A stretch of DNA of 64,000 bases from Candidatus Kuenenia stuttgartensis (GCA_945865325.1 CAMBFA010000001.1:6645-70644); one strand, 5' to 3'. Shown: positions 45,937-57,457, counted from the first letter of the stretch. The notes: generated by a model not told the origin, from the sequence alone. A program made the numbers and translations.

Positions 45937-47826
45937 GTGCCAGGGCAGGCTGCCCCCCAACCGTCCGAGCCCTCCGGTCCGTCGTGCGGTGGATCGCCTC
46001 CGGTCGATCCGCGCATCACTTCGGTACTCGCGCGCTGGTGGGGCTTCGATCAACTCCGCCCGCTCCAAGCGGAGGCGATCGCGGCGGCGCTCGACGGCCA
46101 CGATTCGGTCGTCGTCATGCCCACCGGCGGGGGCAAGAGCCTCTGCTACCAGCTACCGCCCCTGGTCGGGGAGGCCACCGACGTCGTCGTCTCGCCGCTG
46201 GTGGCGCTGATGAAGGATCAGGTCGACTCCCTCGAGGCGATCGGCTATCCCGCAGCCGCGCTCCACTCGCAGATGTCCCAGGAGGAGCGGTCGAACGTCC
46301 GCGACCGGCTCGCCGCCGGGGAGCTGCGGCTCCTGTTCACGGCACCGGAACGGCTCGTCAACAGCGGGCTCCTCGACCTCCTCGCCCGCGTCGGCGTGAA
46401 GCGCTTCGCGATCGATGAGGCCCACTGCATCAGCCAGTGGGGGCATGACTTCCGCCCCGAGTACCGGCAGCTGGCCCTCCTCCGGGACCGTTTCCCCGCG
46501 GCCAGCGTCCACGCCTTCACCGCCACCGCCACGCCGCGCGTCCGGGCCGACATCGCCGCCCAGCTCCACCTCCGCTCGCCGCGGATCCTCCTCGGGACAT
46601 TCGACCGGCCGAACCTCTGCTACCGCGTCGTCCCGCGCACCGACCGGATCGCACAAACACTCACGACGCTCGGCCGCCACCGGGGCGAGGCCTCGATCGT
46701 CTACTGCATCTCGCGGAAGGAGACCGAACAGCTCGCCACCAGGCTCGCCGCCGAGGGGATCCTTGCCAAGCCCTACCACGCGGGGCTCGACCCGACCCAG
46801 CGTCGCCGCACCCAGGAAGCGTTCGCCCGCGAGACGATCGACGTCGTCGTCGCGACCGTCGCCTTCGGCATGGGGATCGACCGCTCCGATGTCCGTCTCG
46901 TCCTCCACACCTCGCTCCCCAAAAGCCTCGAGGCCTACCAGCAGGAGACGGGGCGGTCCGGCCGCGACGGCCTAGCGGCCGAGTGCGTCCTCCTCTATTC
47001 CTCCGCCGACGTCTTCAGTTGGGAATCGCTCGTCCGAAAGAGCGCCGGCGAATCGGATCTCGACCCCGACGAGCAGGAGCGACTGATCGCCGGACAACTC
47101 GAGCACCTCCATGCGATGCGCCGGTATGCCCAGGCCGCGCGGTGCCGGCACGCGGCCCTCTCGGAGTATTTCGGGCAGGCCTACGGCGCCGAGCCCTGCG
47201 GGGCGTGCGACGTCTGTCTGGGGGAGACCGAGAGCCTCCCCGATTCGACCGTGATGGCCCAGAAGCTGATCTCCTGCGTGGCCCGGGTCGGAGAGCGGTT
47301 CGGGGTCCGTCATGTCTGCGAGGTCCTCCGCGGGGCAAAGACCGACGGCATCCTCCGCCATGGCCACGACCGGCTCTCGACGTTCGGGCTCCTCGCCGCG
47401 ATCGACCAGCGGACGGCCGAGAACTTCGTCCACCAGCTCCTTGACCAGGGCCTCCTCGCCCGCAGCCCGGGGGACCGCCCGGTGGTGATGCTCAACGCCC
47501 TCTCCTGGGAGGTGATGCGCGGACAACGGCCGGTGGTGCTGCTCGAACCGCGTGTCGGCAAGGCCAAGCCCTCGAAGCCCGACGCCGACGACTGGCAGGG
47601 GGTCGACCGCGATCTCTTCGAGCGGCTCCGTTCCTGGCGGCGGCGGGTGGCCGAGGCCCGCGGCAAGCCGGCCTGGACGATCCTCGACGATAAGGCGCTG
47701 CGCGGGATCGCCCGCGAAAAGCCGACGAGCCCGGCGGCCCTGCTGCGCGTGAAGGGGATCGGCGAGAAGCGCTTGGCCGATTTCGGTGAGGCAATCCTCG
47801 ATCTCGTGGCTGGAAAACCGGCCTGA
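45937..47826 (+). CDS. recQ: ATP-dependent DNA helicase RecQ
   Basis: FGFDQLRPLQAEAI, MPTGGGKSLCYQLP, DEAHCISQWGHDFRPEY, zinc-binding/RQC region and C-terminal HRDC (VKGIGEKRLADFG). In-frame GTG at 45937. The upstream 360 aa of track ORF 44857..47826 are antisense to the permease gene. Confidence 0.9.
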   Translation: MPGQAAPQPSEPSGPSCGGSPPVDPRITSVLARWWGFDQLRPLQAEAIAAALDGHDSVVVMPTGGGKSLCYQLPPLVGEATDVVVSPLVALMKDQVDSLEAIGYPAAALHSQMSQEERSNVRDRLAAGELRLLFTAPERLVNSGLLDLLARVGVKRFAIDEAHCISQWGHDFRPEYRQLALLRDRFPAASVHAFTATATPRVRADIAAQLHLRSPRILLGTFDRPNLCYRVVPRTDRIAQTLTTLGRHRGEASIVYCISRKETEQLATRLAAEGILAKPYHAGLDPTQRRRTQEAFARETIDVVVATVAFGMGIDRSDVRLVLHTSLPKSLEAYQQETGRSGRDGLAAECVLLYSSADVFSWESLVRKSAGESDLDPDEQERLIAGQLEHLHAMRRYAQAARCRHAALSEYFGQAYGAEPCGACDVCLGETESLPDSTVMAQKLISCVARVGERFGVRHVCEVLRGAKTDGILRHGHDRLSTFGLLAAIDQRTAENFVHQLLDQGLLARSPGDRPVVMLNALSWEVMRGQRPVVLLEPRVGKAKPSKPDADDWQGVDRDLFERLRSWRRRVAEARGKPAWTILDDKALRGIAREKPTSPAALLRVKGIGEKRLADFGEAILDLVAGKPA

Positions 47827-47905
47827 CGGCGTGAGTCGCCGCTGGATCTTTCGATCGAGGAAGTCGCGCTCCGCGATCGGGGTGCTGCCTGCTACAAGAG
47901 GGCCG

Positions 47906-48703
47906 ATGGGAAGCCCGATCCGCACCCTCGTCGCCGCTGCCGCCTCCAGGCTCGGCTATTTCGCGTCGAAGCGCACGGCAATGGCCGAGCTGCGCCGGGT
48001 TGTCGATCTCCTCCGGCCTGTCGATGCGGGCCATCGGCTCGTGCGGATCGGTGGTGACGGCGACGGAGGGTATCTCCTCCCCGATGATCTCGACGGCATC
48101 GCTGAGTGTTTCTCCCCCGGCGTCGACCGGCAGGCGACTTTCGAGAACGCGCTGGCCGGGCGCGGCATCGGCTCCCACCTCGCCGATCGCTCCGTCGCCG
48201 CCGCGCCCACCGGGTGCTCACCGATGAGCTTCGAGCCGGTCTTCCTCGGCACCTTCGACGGCGCGGGCACGACCACGCTCGGGAGCTGGGTGGGGCGGCA
48301 CGCCCCCGCCGATGCGAGCGACCTGCTCCTCCAGATGGACATCGAGGGGGCCGAGTACGGCGTGATCGACAACGCCGAGTGTTCCCTGCTGCGCCGATTC
48401 CGGATCCTCGTCATCGAGCTCCACCACCTCGACGCGATCGGCCAGCCGTTCGCCTGCCGCCGCATCGGCGAGGCGCTGGAGAAGCTGCGCCTCGATTTCG
48501 TCCCGGTCCACCTCCATCCCAACAACTATGCCGGGATCGTCCGCATCGGTGGCTTCCCGGTGCCGCCGCTCCTCGAGGTGACGTTCCTGCGGAAGGACCG
48601 CTGCCATTCGGGGCGGCCGCGGACCGACTTCCCCCATCCGCTCGACCGCGACAACGTTCCCCGGAAACGTTCAGCCGTGCTCCCGCGCGAGTGGTACGCA
48701 TGA
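47906..48703 (+). CDS. FkbM-family methyltransferase-like protein
   Basis: LLLQMDIEGAEYGV motif typical of the Methyltransf_21/FkbM family. ATG at 47906 (MGSPIRT...). Start uncertain. Confidence 0.6.
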   Translation: MGSPIRTLVAAAASRLGYFASKRTAMAELRRVVDLLRPVDAGHRLVRIGGDGDGGYLLPDDLDGIAECFSPGVDRQATFENALAGRGIGSHLADRSVAAAPTGCSPMSFEPVFLGTFDGAGTTTLGSWVGRHAPADASDLLLQMDIEGAEYGVIDNAECSLLRRFRILVIELHHLDAIGQPFACRRIGEALEKLRLDFVPVHLHPNNYAGIVRIGGFPVPPLLEVTFLRKDRCHSGRPRTDFPHPLDRDNVPRKRSAVLPREWYA

Positions 48704-48722
48704 CGCGCCGCCCGACGGCGGA

Positions 48723-49442
48723 TCAGCCTTCGCCGAGATAGGCCTCGCGGACGCGTCGGTCACCGGCGAGGTCCCTGCCCGGGCCGGAGAGGGTGATCCG
48801 GCCGGTCTCGAGGACATACCCACGATCGGCGAGCTTGAGGGCCGCCCGGGCGTTTTGTTCGACGAGGACGACGGCGATTCCCCGCTGCGAGAGGCTGCCG
48901 ATGACCTCGAAGATCTTCTGCACGATCAGTGGGGCAAGTCCCAGCGACGGCTCGTCGAGGAGGAGGAGCTTCGGTCGGCCGATGAGGGCCCGGGCCAGCG
49001 CTAGCATCTGCTGCTCGCCGCCGGAGAGTGTCCCCCCCATTTGGCTCATCCGCGCGCCGAGGACGGGAAACAGGCTGCAAGCCTCGTCGATGTCGCGGGC
49101 CACCATCGCCCGGTCGATCTGCGTGAAGCCGCCGAGTTGGAGATTCTCCCGCACCGAGAGCCGGGGAAAGATCCGGCGCCCCTCCGGGGCATGGCCGATG
49201 CCGAGCCGGGCGATCGCGTGGGTTGGGAGACCGGTGATCGGACGGCCGGCAAACGAGATCATTCCCCGACGCGCTGGCACGACGCCGGAGATCGCCATCA
49301 GGAGCGACGTCTTCCCGGCGCCGTTAGCGCCGATGATCGCCACCGTCTCCCCTTCGGCGACCTCAATCGACACCCCATCGAGCGCCCGGATCGGGCCATA
49401 CCCCGCCTCGAGCTCCTTCACTTCCAGGATCGGCATCGCCAT
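48723..49442 (-). CDS. livF: Branched-chain amino acid ABC transporter ATP-binding protein LivF-type
   Basis: MPILEVKELEAGYGPIRALDGVSIEV..GANGAGKTSLL, LSGGEQQMLALARAL. Confidence 0.9.
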   Translation of the reverse strand: MAMPILEVKELEAGYGPIRALDGVSIEVAEGETVAIIGANGAGKTSLLMAISGVVPARRGMISFAGRPITGLPTHAIARLGIGHAPEGRRIFPRLSVRENLQLGGFTQIDRAMVARDIDEACSLFPVLGARMSQMGGTLSGGEQQMLALARALIGRPKLLLLDEPSLGLAPLIVQKIFEVIGSLSQRGIAVVLVEQNARAALKLADRGYVLETGRITLSGPGRDLAGDRRVREAYLGEG

Positions 49443-49476
49443 CTCCCCCTGCCCCGCTGCGGCCACGGGTTTGTTG

Positions 49477-50792
<1,316 letters not shown>

Positions 50793-50796
<4 letters not shown>

Positions 50797-51905
50797 GATC
50801 CCGCCCCCCCCTCATGGAGTTCGGCCGCCAGGCGCCGCGACGGGATCAGCCCCTCCGGACGGTACCGCATCACGAGCACCAGTGCCACGCCGAAGATCGC
50901 CAGCCGCCAGCCACTGAAGGAGAGGTAGCTCAAGCCCTTCGGGTTGACATTCATCTGCTGGATCCAGGAGTCGGCCCACGGCGCGAGAACGGTGTCGAAG
51001 CCGACGAGGATCGCCACGCCGAGAAGCGTGCCGGGGATGCTTCCGAGGCCCCCGAGGATCACGGCACAGAGGACCATGATCGAGCGGTTGAAGTCATAGG
51101 CGTTGGGATCGGCGGTGGTCGACAGGCTCGCCGCGTAGAGGCAGCCGGCCAGCCCCGCAACGGCCGACGACATCGCGAACGCCGCGAGCTTGACCTTCGT
51201 CGCGGAGATCCCCATCGCCTGCGCGGCGAGCTCGTCCTCACGGACGGCGACGAGCGCCCGGCCGAGGCGCGAATTCTCGAGTCGCCGCATGGCGAGTACG
51301 ACCCCGGCGAGCGAGAGGAGCGCGAGGTAATAGAACCAGCGTGGATCGATGGCGAACTCCTTCCCCAGATCGATCCCCCCGAGGGTCACCCCGGCGCCGG
51401 GGGGCGGAACAGGATTGAGCCCCTTCATGCCACCGGTGATCTGCTCGAGATTCCGCAAGGTGACTTTGACCACCTCGCCGAAGCCGAGCGTCACGATCGC
51501 CAGATAGTCGCCACGGAGCCGGAGCGTTGGAGCGCCGAGGGCAAGCCCGGTGCCGGCGGTGACAAGCACGGCGATCACGGCGGCGGCGAGGAACCCGATC
51601 TGGAACGGATACATCGGCACGGTGAGGATCGCGAGGACGTACGCCCCGATCCCGAAGAACGACGCGATGCCGAGATGGACCAGCCCGGTGTAGCCGACCA
51701 TCACGTTGAGGGCCAGGGCAAGGATGCAGTAGATGAAGAGATTCGTCACCTGCCCGCCGAGGGCGCCGCCGAGGGCGGGGATCACCAGCGGCGCGATCGC
51801 CAGCACGCCGAGCGTGACCAATTCCCAGCGCTGCGCGAGGAATGCCCAGGGGCCGGTGGAGGGATCCGGTGGGGCCGATGTTCGGGGGGATCGGTTGTTG
51901 GACAC
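50793..51905 (-). CDS. livM: Branched-chain amino acid ABC transporter permease LivM-type
   Basis: 370 aa polytopic. GYTGLVHLGIASFFGIGAY and LRGDYLAIVTLGFGE motifs. 4-nt overlap with livG. Confidence 0.9.
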
Positions 51906-51910
51906 GGGGA

Positions 51911-52828
51911 CTACACCTTCTCCTTTACCCGGCGGCCGAGGAGGCCCTCGGGACGGAAGACGAGGATCACGATCAGGATCGCGAACACGATCGCCCCGGT
52001 CCAGCGCTCGCCGACGTAGGCACTGGCCAGCGCGCGCACCAGGCCAATGACGAGCCCGCCGAGGACGGCGCCGGGGATGCTGCCGATGCCGCCGAGCACC
52101 GCGGCGGTGAAGGCGTAGAGGCCGTTTTGAAACCCCATCTGAAAACCGATGGTGTTGATGTAGAGCCCGTAGATCACGCTCGCCGCGCCACCGAGAAAGC
52201 CGCCGATGAAGAAGGTGGCGGCGATCACCCGATCGACATCGACGCCGACGAGGGCCGCCGCCGTCGGATCCTGCGACACCGCCCGCATCGCCTTTCCGAG
52301 CTTCGTTCCCTTCACGAGCACCGAGAGGGCCACCATCAGCGGCCCGACGATGAGGACGACGAGGAGATCCTTCCAGGTGAACTGGAGGGCGTCATTGTGG
52401 AGGAGGTTGGTCGAGGGGAGGAGCTCGGGGAACGACTTGTCGGCCGGCCCGAGCCAGAACAGCCCGACGTTCATGAAGATGAACGACACCCCGATCGCCG
52501 ACACCAGCGGAGCGAGCTTGGGGGCGTTGCGGAGCGGCTTGTAGACGATCCGATCGACCGCCACGTTGAGCAGGCCGCAGAACAGCCCACAGATGAGAAC
52601 CAGCCCCCCGATCCCCACCCAGGTGGTCGCCGGCCCGGCGGCGGTCATGCCGAGGGCCCCGACAAGCGACAGCGCCAGACAGGCCCCGAGCATGATCAAG
52701 TCGCCGTGGGCAAAATTGATCAGCCCGATGATCCCGTAGACCATCGTGTACCCCAGCGCCACCAGCGCGATGAGCGCGCCGTTGGTGAGGCCGATGAGGC
52801 ACTGTTGGAGGAGGAACTGGAAGGACAC
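51911..52828 (-). CDS. livH: Branched-chain amino acid ABC transporter permease LivH-type
   Basis: FLLQQCLIGLTNGALIALVALGYTMVYGIIGLINFAHGD is a canonical LivH N-terminus. Confidence 0.92.
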   Translation of the reverse strand: MSFQFLLQQCLIGLTNGALIALVALGYTMVYGIIGLINFAHGDLIMLGACLALSLVGALGMTAAGPATTWVGIGGLVLICGLFCGLLNVAVDRIVYKPLRNAPKLAPLVSAIGVSFIFMNVGLFWLGPADKSFPELLPSTNLLHNDALQFTWKDLLVVLIVGPLMVALSVLVKGTKLGKAMRAVSQDPTAAALVGVDVDRVIAATFFIGGFLGGAASVIYGLYINTIGFQMGFQNGLYAFTAAVLGGIGSIPGAVLGGLVIGLVRALASAYVGERWTGAIVFAILIVILVFRPEGLLGRRVKEKV

Positions 52829-52862
52829 GCGGATGGATTCCGGGGAAGGATCGGACCGGGGT

Positions 52863-54161
52863 TCAGGGGCTCCCGCCCCCCGGGGGGTCGGCCAGGGTTG
52901 ACCGCTCGTCCGGGGGAGGGGCGATGAGATCCGCTTCGTTGAGGATCTCCTCGAACTCGAAGCGCCCCCCCTTCACGACATTGACGGTGAGCGTGCGGAG
53001 GGTCGTGTCGCCGTTCTCGTCGAAGCCCCAATGGCCGAGGGCCCCGTCGAAGTCACGAATCGCCAGTGCCGCGTCGCAGATCGCGCGGCGGTCCTTGCTG
53101 CCGGCGGTCGCGATCGCTTCGATGGCCACCCGGGCCGCCTCGTAGCCGTAGACGGCGTAGGCCTCCGGGAGCTCCCCGTACTTCTCCCGGTAGCGCTCGA
53201 CGAACACGCCCCCCTTGCCGGTGAGCTTCTCCGGCGGGAGCCCGCCAAAGGTGACGAAACACCGTCCCTCGAGGTTCGCAGCCCCGGCCGAGTCGATAAA
53301 GACTTGCTCCAGGCAGCCGTCGGGCACCATGAGATCCGCGCCGACGCCGGCCGCGGCCATGTCCTTGGCGAGCTGCCCCCCCTTGCTCTGTGTCGTGCCG
53401 CCGAAGTAGACGAGATCGGGCTTGGTCGCCTTGATACTCGCCATCAGGGATTTGAACTCCTGCGCCTTGGCATCGATCGAATCGTGCCCGAGGACCTCGA
53501 TGCCGAGCTCGCGGCAGCGCTCGTCAAAGAGGTCGGCGATCCCCTTCCCGTAGACTTCGTTGTCGTCGAGGATGTAGACCTTTTTCACCCCCCGGCGCAG
53601 CGCCCAGTCAGCCGCCATCGGCCCCTGGAGGTCGTCGGCGGGAACAACGCGGGCGTAGTTGCGCCGGCCGGTGGGGCGGTAGACCTCCGGCTCGCCCGGA
53701 ACTCCGAGCCCCGGCTTCGTCAGCCCCACGGCCGTGTTGGCGGGCGACACCATGAGCAAGTCGCCGAGATTGAGAATCGGCATCGAGACCTTCGCCGCCC
53801 CCGAGTTGAACGTACCGATGTAGGCACAGACATCCGGATCCTGGAGGGCTCGGCGGGCGTTGGCAGCCTCGGCCTCGCTCGTCCACTGCCCGGCGGCGGC
53901 TGTCGAGTCATCGAGATCGAGATACTCGATACGGAACCGGCCCACCTTTCCCCCCGCCTCGTCGATCGCCATCCGGATGCCGCGGACGAGCGTGTCGGAC
54001 TGGTGCTTCGCCGAGCCGGTCCGCGGCAGGCTGCTGACGATCTTGACCAGATCCGGATCGACCGGGCGGCAACCGACCATCACCAGAGCTCCGGCGAGCA
54101 CCGGCAGCAGTCCGGCGAGGCGGAGAAGGAATCGGCGATCGGCCCGGGAGGATGGAGTCAT
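52863..54161 (-). CDS. ABC transporter substrate-binding lipoprotein (LivK/Peripla_BP_6-like)
   Basis: ATG at 54161 gives MTPSSRADRRFLLRLAGLLPVLAGALVMVGC (lipobox), then IVSSLPRTGSAKHQSD... The remainder of track ORF 52863..54599 is run-on. Confidence 0.85.
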   Translation of the reverse strand: MTPSSRADRRFLLRLAGLLPVLAGALVMVGCRPVDPDLVKIVSSLPRTGSAKHQSDTLVRGIRMAIDEAGGKVGRFRIEYLDLDDSTAAAGQWTSEAEAANARRALQDPDVCAYIGTFNSGAAKVSMPILNLGDLLMVSPANTAVGLTKPGLGVPGEPEVYRPTGRRNYARVVPADDLQGPMAADWALRRGVKKVYILDDNEVYGKGIADLFDERCRELGIEVLGHDSIDAKAQEFKSLMASIKATKPDLVYFGGTTQSKGGQLAKDMAAAGVGADLMVPDGCLEQVFIDSAGAANLEGRCFVTFGGLPPEKLTGKGGVFVERYREKYGELPEAYAVYGYEAARVAIEAIATAGSKDRRAICDAALAIRDFDGALGHWGFDENGDTTLRTLTVNVVKGGRFEFEEILNEADLIAPPPDERSTLADPPGGGSP

Positions 54162-54243
54162 GCGACGAATGTAGAACCGACGTTTTCCGGCCGCAACGGC
54201 CCTCCCTCCAATCCCCTCCCCCGGAAGGCCCGCTCGCGGGCCT

Positions 54244-56604
54244 TCATTGCCGCACCATCCGCCACGCCCGGTGGATCCGTTCATTGCGGAAATCCTCGGG
54301 GATTGTGCGGTTGGTGATCTCCCGGAAGCTGAAATCGGCCGCCAGTGTGGCCTCCGCCAAGTGAAAGCGGCGGAAGTTCGTGGAGAAGTAAACGGTACCG
54401 CCTGGGGTGAGATTGCGGGCCACCAAGGCGAGGAGCTCGGCATGGTCGTGCTCCACATCCCACGGCATCTCGCTGCGGGCCGAGCGGGAGAAGGTGGGGG
54501 GATCAACGACGACCAGATCGAAAGGGGGCTCGCCGCGGCGGGCCCGGTGTTCGAGGAAGGCGCGGGCATCGTCGCGGACGATCCGGTGGCGACCGGCATC
54601 CTTGAATCCGTTGACGGCGAGGTTCGTGCGTGTCCAGTCGAGGTAGGTGTTGGAGAGGTCGACGCTGACCGTGTCGGTCGCCCCGCCGGCCGCCGCGTAC
54701 ACCGAAAAACTCCCGGTGTAGGAGAAGAGGTTCAGCATCCGTTTCCCGGCGGCCTCGTCCCTGACCATGCCGCGCGTGACCCGGTGATCGAGGAACAGAC
54801 CGGTGTCGAGGTAGTCGGAGAGATTGACCTCGAACGACAGCCCCCCCTCCCTGACCTGGAGGAGCGCCTCGCGGCCATCGACCTTCTCGTATTGCCCCCC
54901 CTCGCGCTGCCGACGCCGGATCTTCAGGAAGGTGCGGTCGTGGGGAACACCGAGCTCCGCGGCGGCCGCCTCGATCATCCGGTCGAGCCAGACTTCATGC
55001 TCGATCTCGGTGCGATCGTGGGGGCGTTCGTACTCGGCGGCATGGAGCCAGCCGGCATACCAATCGATGACCAGCGGCACCTCGGGGATGTCACGGTCGT
55101 AGATCCGGAAGGCATCGGTGCCGATGCGCCGCGCCCACTTGGAAAGATGCTTGAAGCGTTTGGCAAGACGCCGGCGGAAGTCGCCGATTTGGTCTTCGAC
55201 GGGCCTCGTGCCGCTCCGCGGCGGGCCCGCCGGCCTGCCAGCGGGGGGAGCGGAGAGGGGTGGAAGGGGAGCGTCGAGGAGCGAGTCCGGTGCGTCGAGT
55301 GCGTCGAGTGCGTCGAGTGCGTCCGGTGCGTCGAAGGCATGCGCTGCCGGAGCCGGAGGCCGCTCGGTCTCCGGCGGCAGGTGCGGGCGCTGACGGATCT
55401 CTACCTCGAGGAGCCGGCAGGCGATCGGGCCGTTGGGGAGATAGACGCGGTGAGTGGGCCGGAGCCCGAGGTAGCCGGCGACCGGCGTATCGGGGGCGAG
55501 AATGGCTGCGTGCCATCCGCCACCGGCGCGCACGAGCCAGTCGCCGATGCGGCGGAAGAGAGCCCCGGCGCGGGGGAGTGCAAGGCGCTCGCCATAGGGG
55601 GGATTGGTGACGATCAGGCCGCTTCCCCCCGCAGGCACCGCCTGCTCAAAGTGCTTCTGTTCAATCGTCAGCGCCGCCGACACACCGGCTGACTCGGCAC
55701 ACAAAGCCGTCGCTTCGACGGCTTTGGGGTCGAGATCGCTCGCCTGGAAACTGCCCGGGGGGGTGATGACGCGGGCCTCGAGCTCTGCGACGAGCCGGTC
55801 GGCGAGGTCGCGGTCACAGTCGCGGAACCGGAAAAAACCATGCCCCTTGCGGCGGGCCCGCCACAACCCCGGCGCCATCCCCGCGGCGATCGTCGCCGCC
55901 TCGACGACGAACGTCCCCGAGCCGCACATCGGATCGAGGAGCGGCTCGCCTGGGGTCCAGCCGGTGATGGCGAGGATCCCGGCGGCGAGGACCTCGGAGA
56001 GGGGAGCGTCGACTTCCCCCGTGCGCCAGCCGCGCTGGTGGAGCGACTTACCGGCGGCGTCGCGGAAGATCGTCGCGGTGTCGCCGACGAGGTGGAGCGC
56101 GAGGCGGAGCGTCGCGCCGCGCAGTTCGACGCTCGGCCGCCGGCCGCTCGGCGTGCGGAGTTGATCGACGACCGCGTCCTTGACGATCTGGGCAGCGTAC
56201 AGCGAATGATTGAGGAACGTGTCGTGGATCGCCGCATCGACCCGCAGGGTGTCGGAGACCTTCAGTTGCTCGCGCCAGTCGACCTGCTCCATCGCAGCGT
56301 ACAGGCTCTCGGGGCTCTCCACCCGGAAGCGGCCGAGTGGCTCAAGGACGCGGATCGCCGTCCGGCTCTCGAGGACGGCCCGATAGAGCGTTTCCTTCTC
56401 CTTTCCCGGCGGCGTCGAGAATTCGATTGTCCGCCGGCCGATCCGCAGGTCGGTGGCGCCGATCGCTTCGAGCTCCCGGGCAAGGACCCATTCGAGCCCC
56501 TCGAGTGTCCGCGCCGTCATCCGCGGCGGCTCGTCGGCAATCGGCGCCGGGAGCGGACGGGGAACGGGATGGACGGGGGGGAACGGCGCAGGCATGGCGG
56601 GCAC
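54244..56604 (-). CDS. rlmL: Bifunctional 23S rRNA methyltransferase RlmKL-like (THUMP + two class I MTase domains)
   Basis: THUMP-type N-terminus, IVTNPPYGERL motif, second SAM-MTase half (LNLFSYTGSFSVYAA, DPPTFS). 786 aa with a Pro/Ala/Asp-rich linker. Confidence 0.85.
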   Translation of the reverse strand: MPAMPAPFPPVHPVPRPLPAPIADEPPRMTARTLEGLEWVLARELEAIGATDLRIGRRTIEFSTPPGKEKETLYRAVLESRTAIRVLEPLGRFRVESPESLYAAMEQVDWREQLKVSDTLRVDAAIHDTFLNHSLYAAQIVKDAVVDQLRTPSGRRPSVELRGATLRLALHLVGDTATIFRDAAGKSLHQRGWRTGEVDAPLSEVLAAGILAITGWTPGEPLLDPMCGSGTFVVEAATIAAGMAPGLWRARRKGHGFFRFRDCDRDLADRLVAELEARVITPPGSFQASDLDPKAVEATALCAESAGVSAALTIEQKHFEQAVPAGGSGLIVTNPPYGERLALPRAGALFRRIGDWLVRAGGGWHAAILAPDTPVAGYLGLRPTHRVYLPNGPIACRLLEVEIRQRPHLPPETERPPAPAAHAFDAPDALDALDALDAPDSLLDAPLPPLSAPPAGRPAGPPRSGTRPVEDQIGDFRRRLAKRFKHLSKWARRIGTDAFRIYDRDIPEVPLVIDWYAGWLHAAEYERPHDRTEIEHEVWLDRMIEAAAAELGVPHDRTFLKIRRRQREGGQYEKVDGREALLQVREGGLSFEVNLSDYLDTGLFLDHRVTRGMVRDEAAGKRMLNLFSYTGSFSVYAAAGGATDTVSVDLSNTYLDWTRTNLAVNGFKDAGRHRIVRDDARAFLEHRARRGEPPFDLVVVDPPTFSRSARSEMPWDVEHDHAELLALVARNLTPGGTVYFSTNFRRFHLAEATLAADFSFREITNRTIPEDFRNERIHRAWRMVRQ
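55290..55334 (-). repeat. 9-bp tandem repeat (about 5 units of gtgcgtcga) inside the rlmKL linker
   Basis: The plus strand reads gtgcgtcga gtgcgtcga gtgcgtcga gtgcgtccg gtgcgtcga, encoding DAPDALDALDALDAPD on the minus strand. Confidence 0.85.
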
Positions 56605-56745
56605 GAGGGCGAAGGAGGCGACGGGCGGAAACGGACCATCCTACCCTCCGGCCGTCATAAAAACGGGCCGGATTGCCCTTGGCGAAGTCGAGAATGGCAG
56701 CGAACGCCGCGGAGAAACGCCGATTGCCAAGGCTCGCCATCGATA

Positions 56746-56761
56746 TGTACACTCGCGTACA
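56746..56761. promoter_or_regulatory. Inverted repeat TGTAC-n6-GTACA upstream of the TA operon (candidate operator)
   Basis: tgtacactcgcgtaca lies about 60 nt upstream of the antitoxin ATG. Flanking direct repeat ccatcgat occurs at about 56737 and 56798. Confidence 0.3.
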
Positions 56762-56820
56762 GAATCCATCCAGGCGTTCCCCGCGGCACCATGCGTCCAT
56801 CGATCGCAGAGCCCCACCCC

Positions 56821-57060
56821 ATGAAGACGGTGTCGTTCACAGAGTTCCGTGCGAATGCGGCCTCATATCTCGATGATGTCGAGCGGGGTCAGACCGTGAT
56901 CCTCCTCCGGCATGGCAAACCGATCGCCGAGATTCACCCGGTGACGGCGGCGGCGGGGCGTGCACCGTCGTGGCAACGTGCCGGGCCACGGCTGGTCGTG
57001 AAGGGGACCGGGCTCGCGGCGGCGATCCTGGGGGAGAGAGGACGTGAAGACGTTTTTTGA
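56821..57060 (+). CDS. Type II antitoxin, Phd/YefM family
   Basis: MKTVSFTEFRANAASYLDDVERGQTVILLRHGKPIAEIHPV. This is only the last 79 aa of track ORF 55840..57060; the rest is antisense to rlmKL. Confidence 0.85.
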   Translation: MKTVSFTEFRANAASYLDDVERGQTVILLRHGKPIAEIHPVTAAAGRAPSWQRAGPRLVVKGTGLAAAILGERGREDVF

Positions 57061-57457
57061 CTCCTCAGCGTTCGCAAAGCGGTTCGTTGAGGAAGCTGGG
57101 AGCGATGCGGTCGAGTCGCTGTGCCTCGGTGCCGGAGAACTCGGCCTGTGTGTCATCTGCATTCCGGAAATCGTGTCGGCCCTGGCTCGGAGGCTGCGCG
57201 AGAAACGAATCACCGCCGCACAGGCCGCGCTGCTCGAGCGGCATCTCCTCGATGACGTCCGCGATGCGTCGATCATCGATCTCACGCCGGAGGTGATCGC
57301 GGAATCGATCGCGGCGATCAAGGCATCGCCCCTCCGCGCCGCCGACGCCCTCCACGTCGCCGCCGCAAAAGTCTGGCGTGCCGATCTCTTCGTCACCGCC
57401 GACGACCGCCAACTCACGGCCGCCAGGAAAGCCGGATTGACCGTTAGAGCGGTGTGA
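57044..57457 (+). CDS. vapC: Type II toxin VapC (PIN-domain ribonuclease)
   Basis: GTG start. FFDSSAF (first acidic residue), ADALHVAAA and FVTADDRQL acidic positions. Overlaps the antitoxin by 17 nt. Confidence 0.85.
   Translation: MKTFFDSSAFAKRFVEEAGSDAVESLCLGAGELGLCVICIPEIVSALARRLREKRITAAQAALLERHLLDDVRDASIIDLTPEVIAESIAAIKASPLRAADALHVAAAKVWRADLFVTADDRQLTAARKAGLTVRAV

Noticed and set aside
55840-56820. The upstream 327 aa of track ORF 55840..57060
   Set aside because: It is antisense to rlmKL and low-complexity. Only the terminal 79 aa from ATG 56821 match the Phd/YefM pattern.
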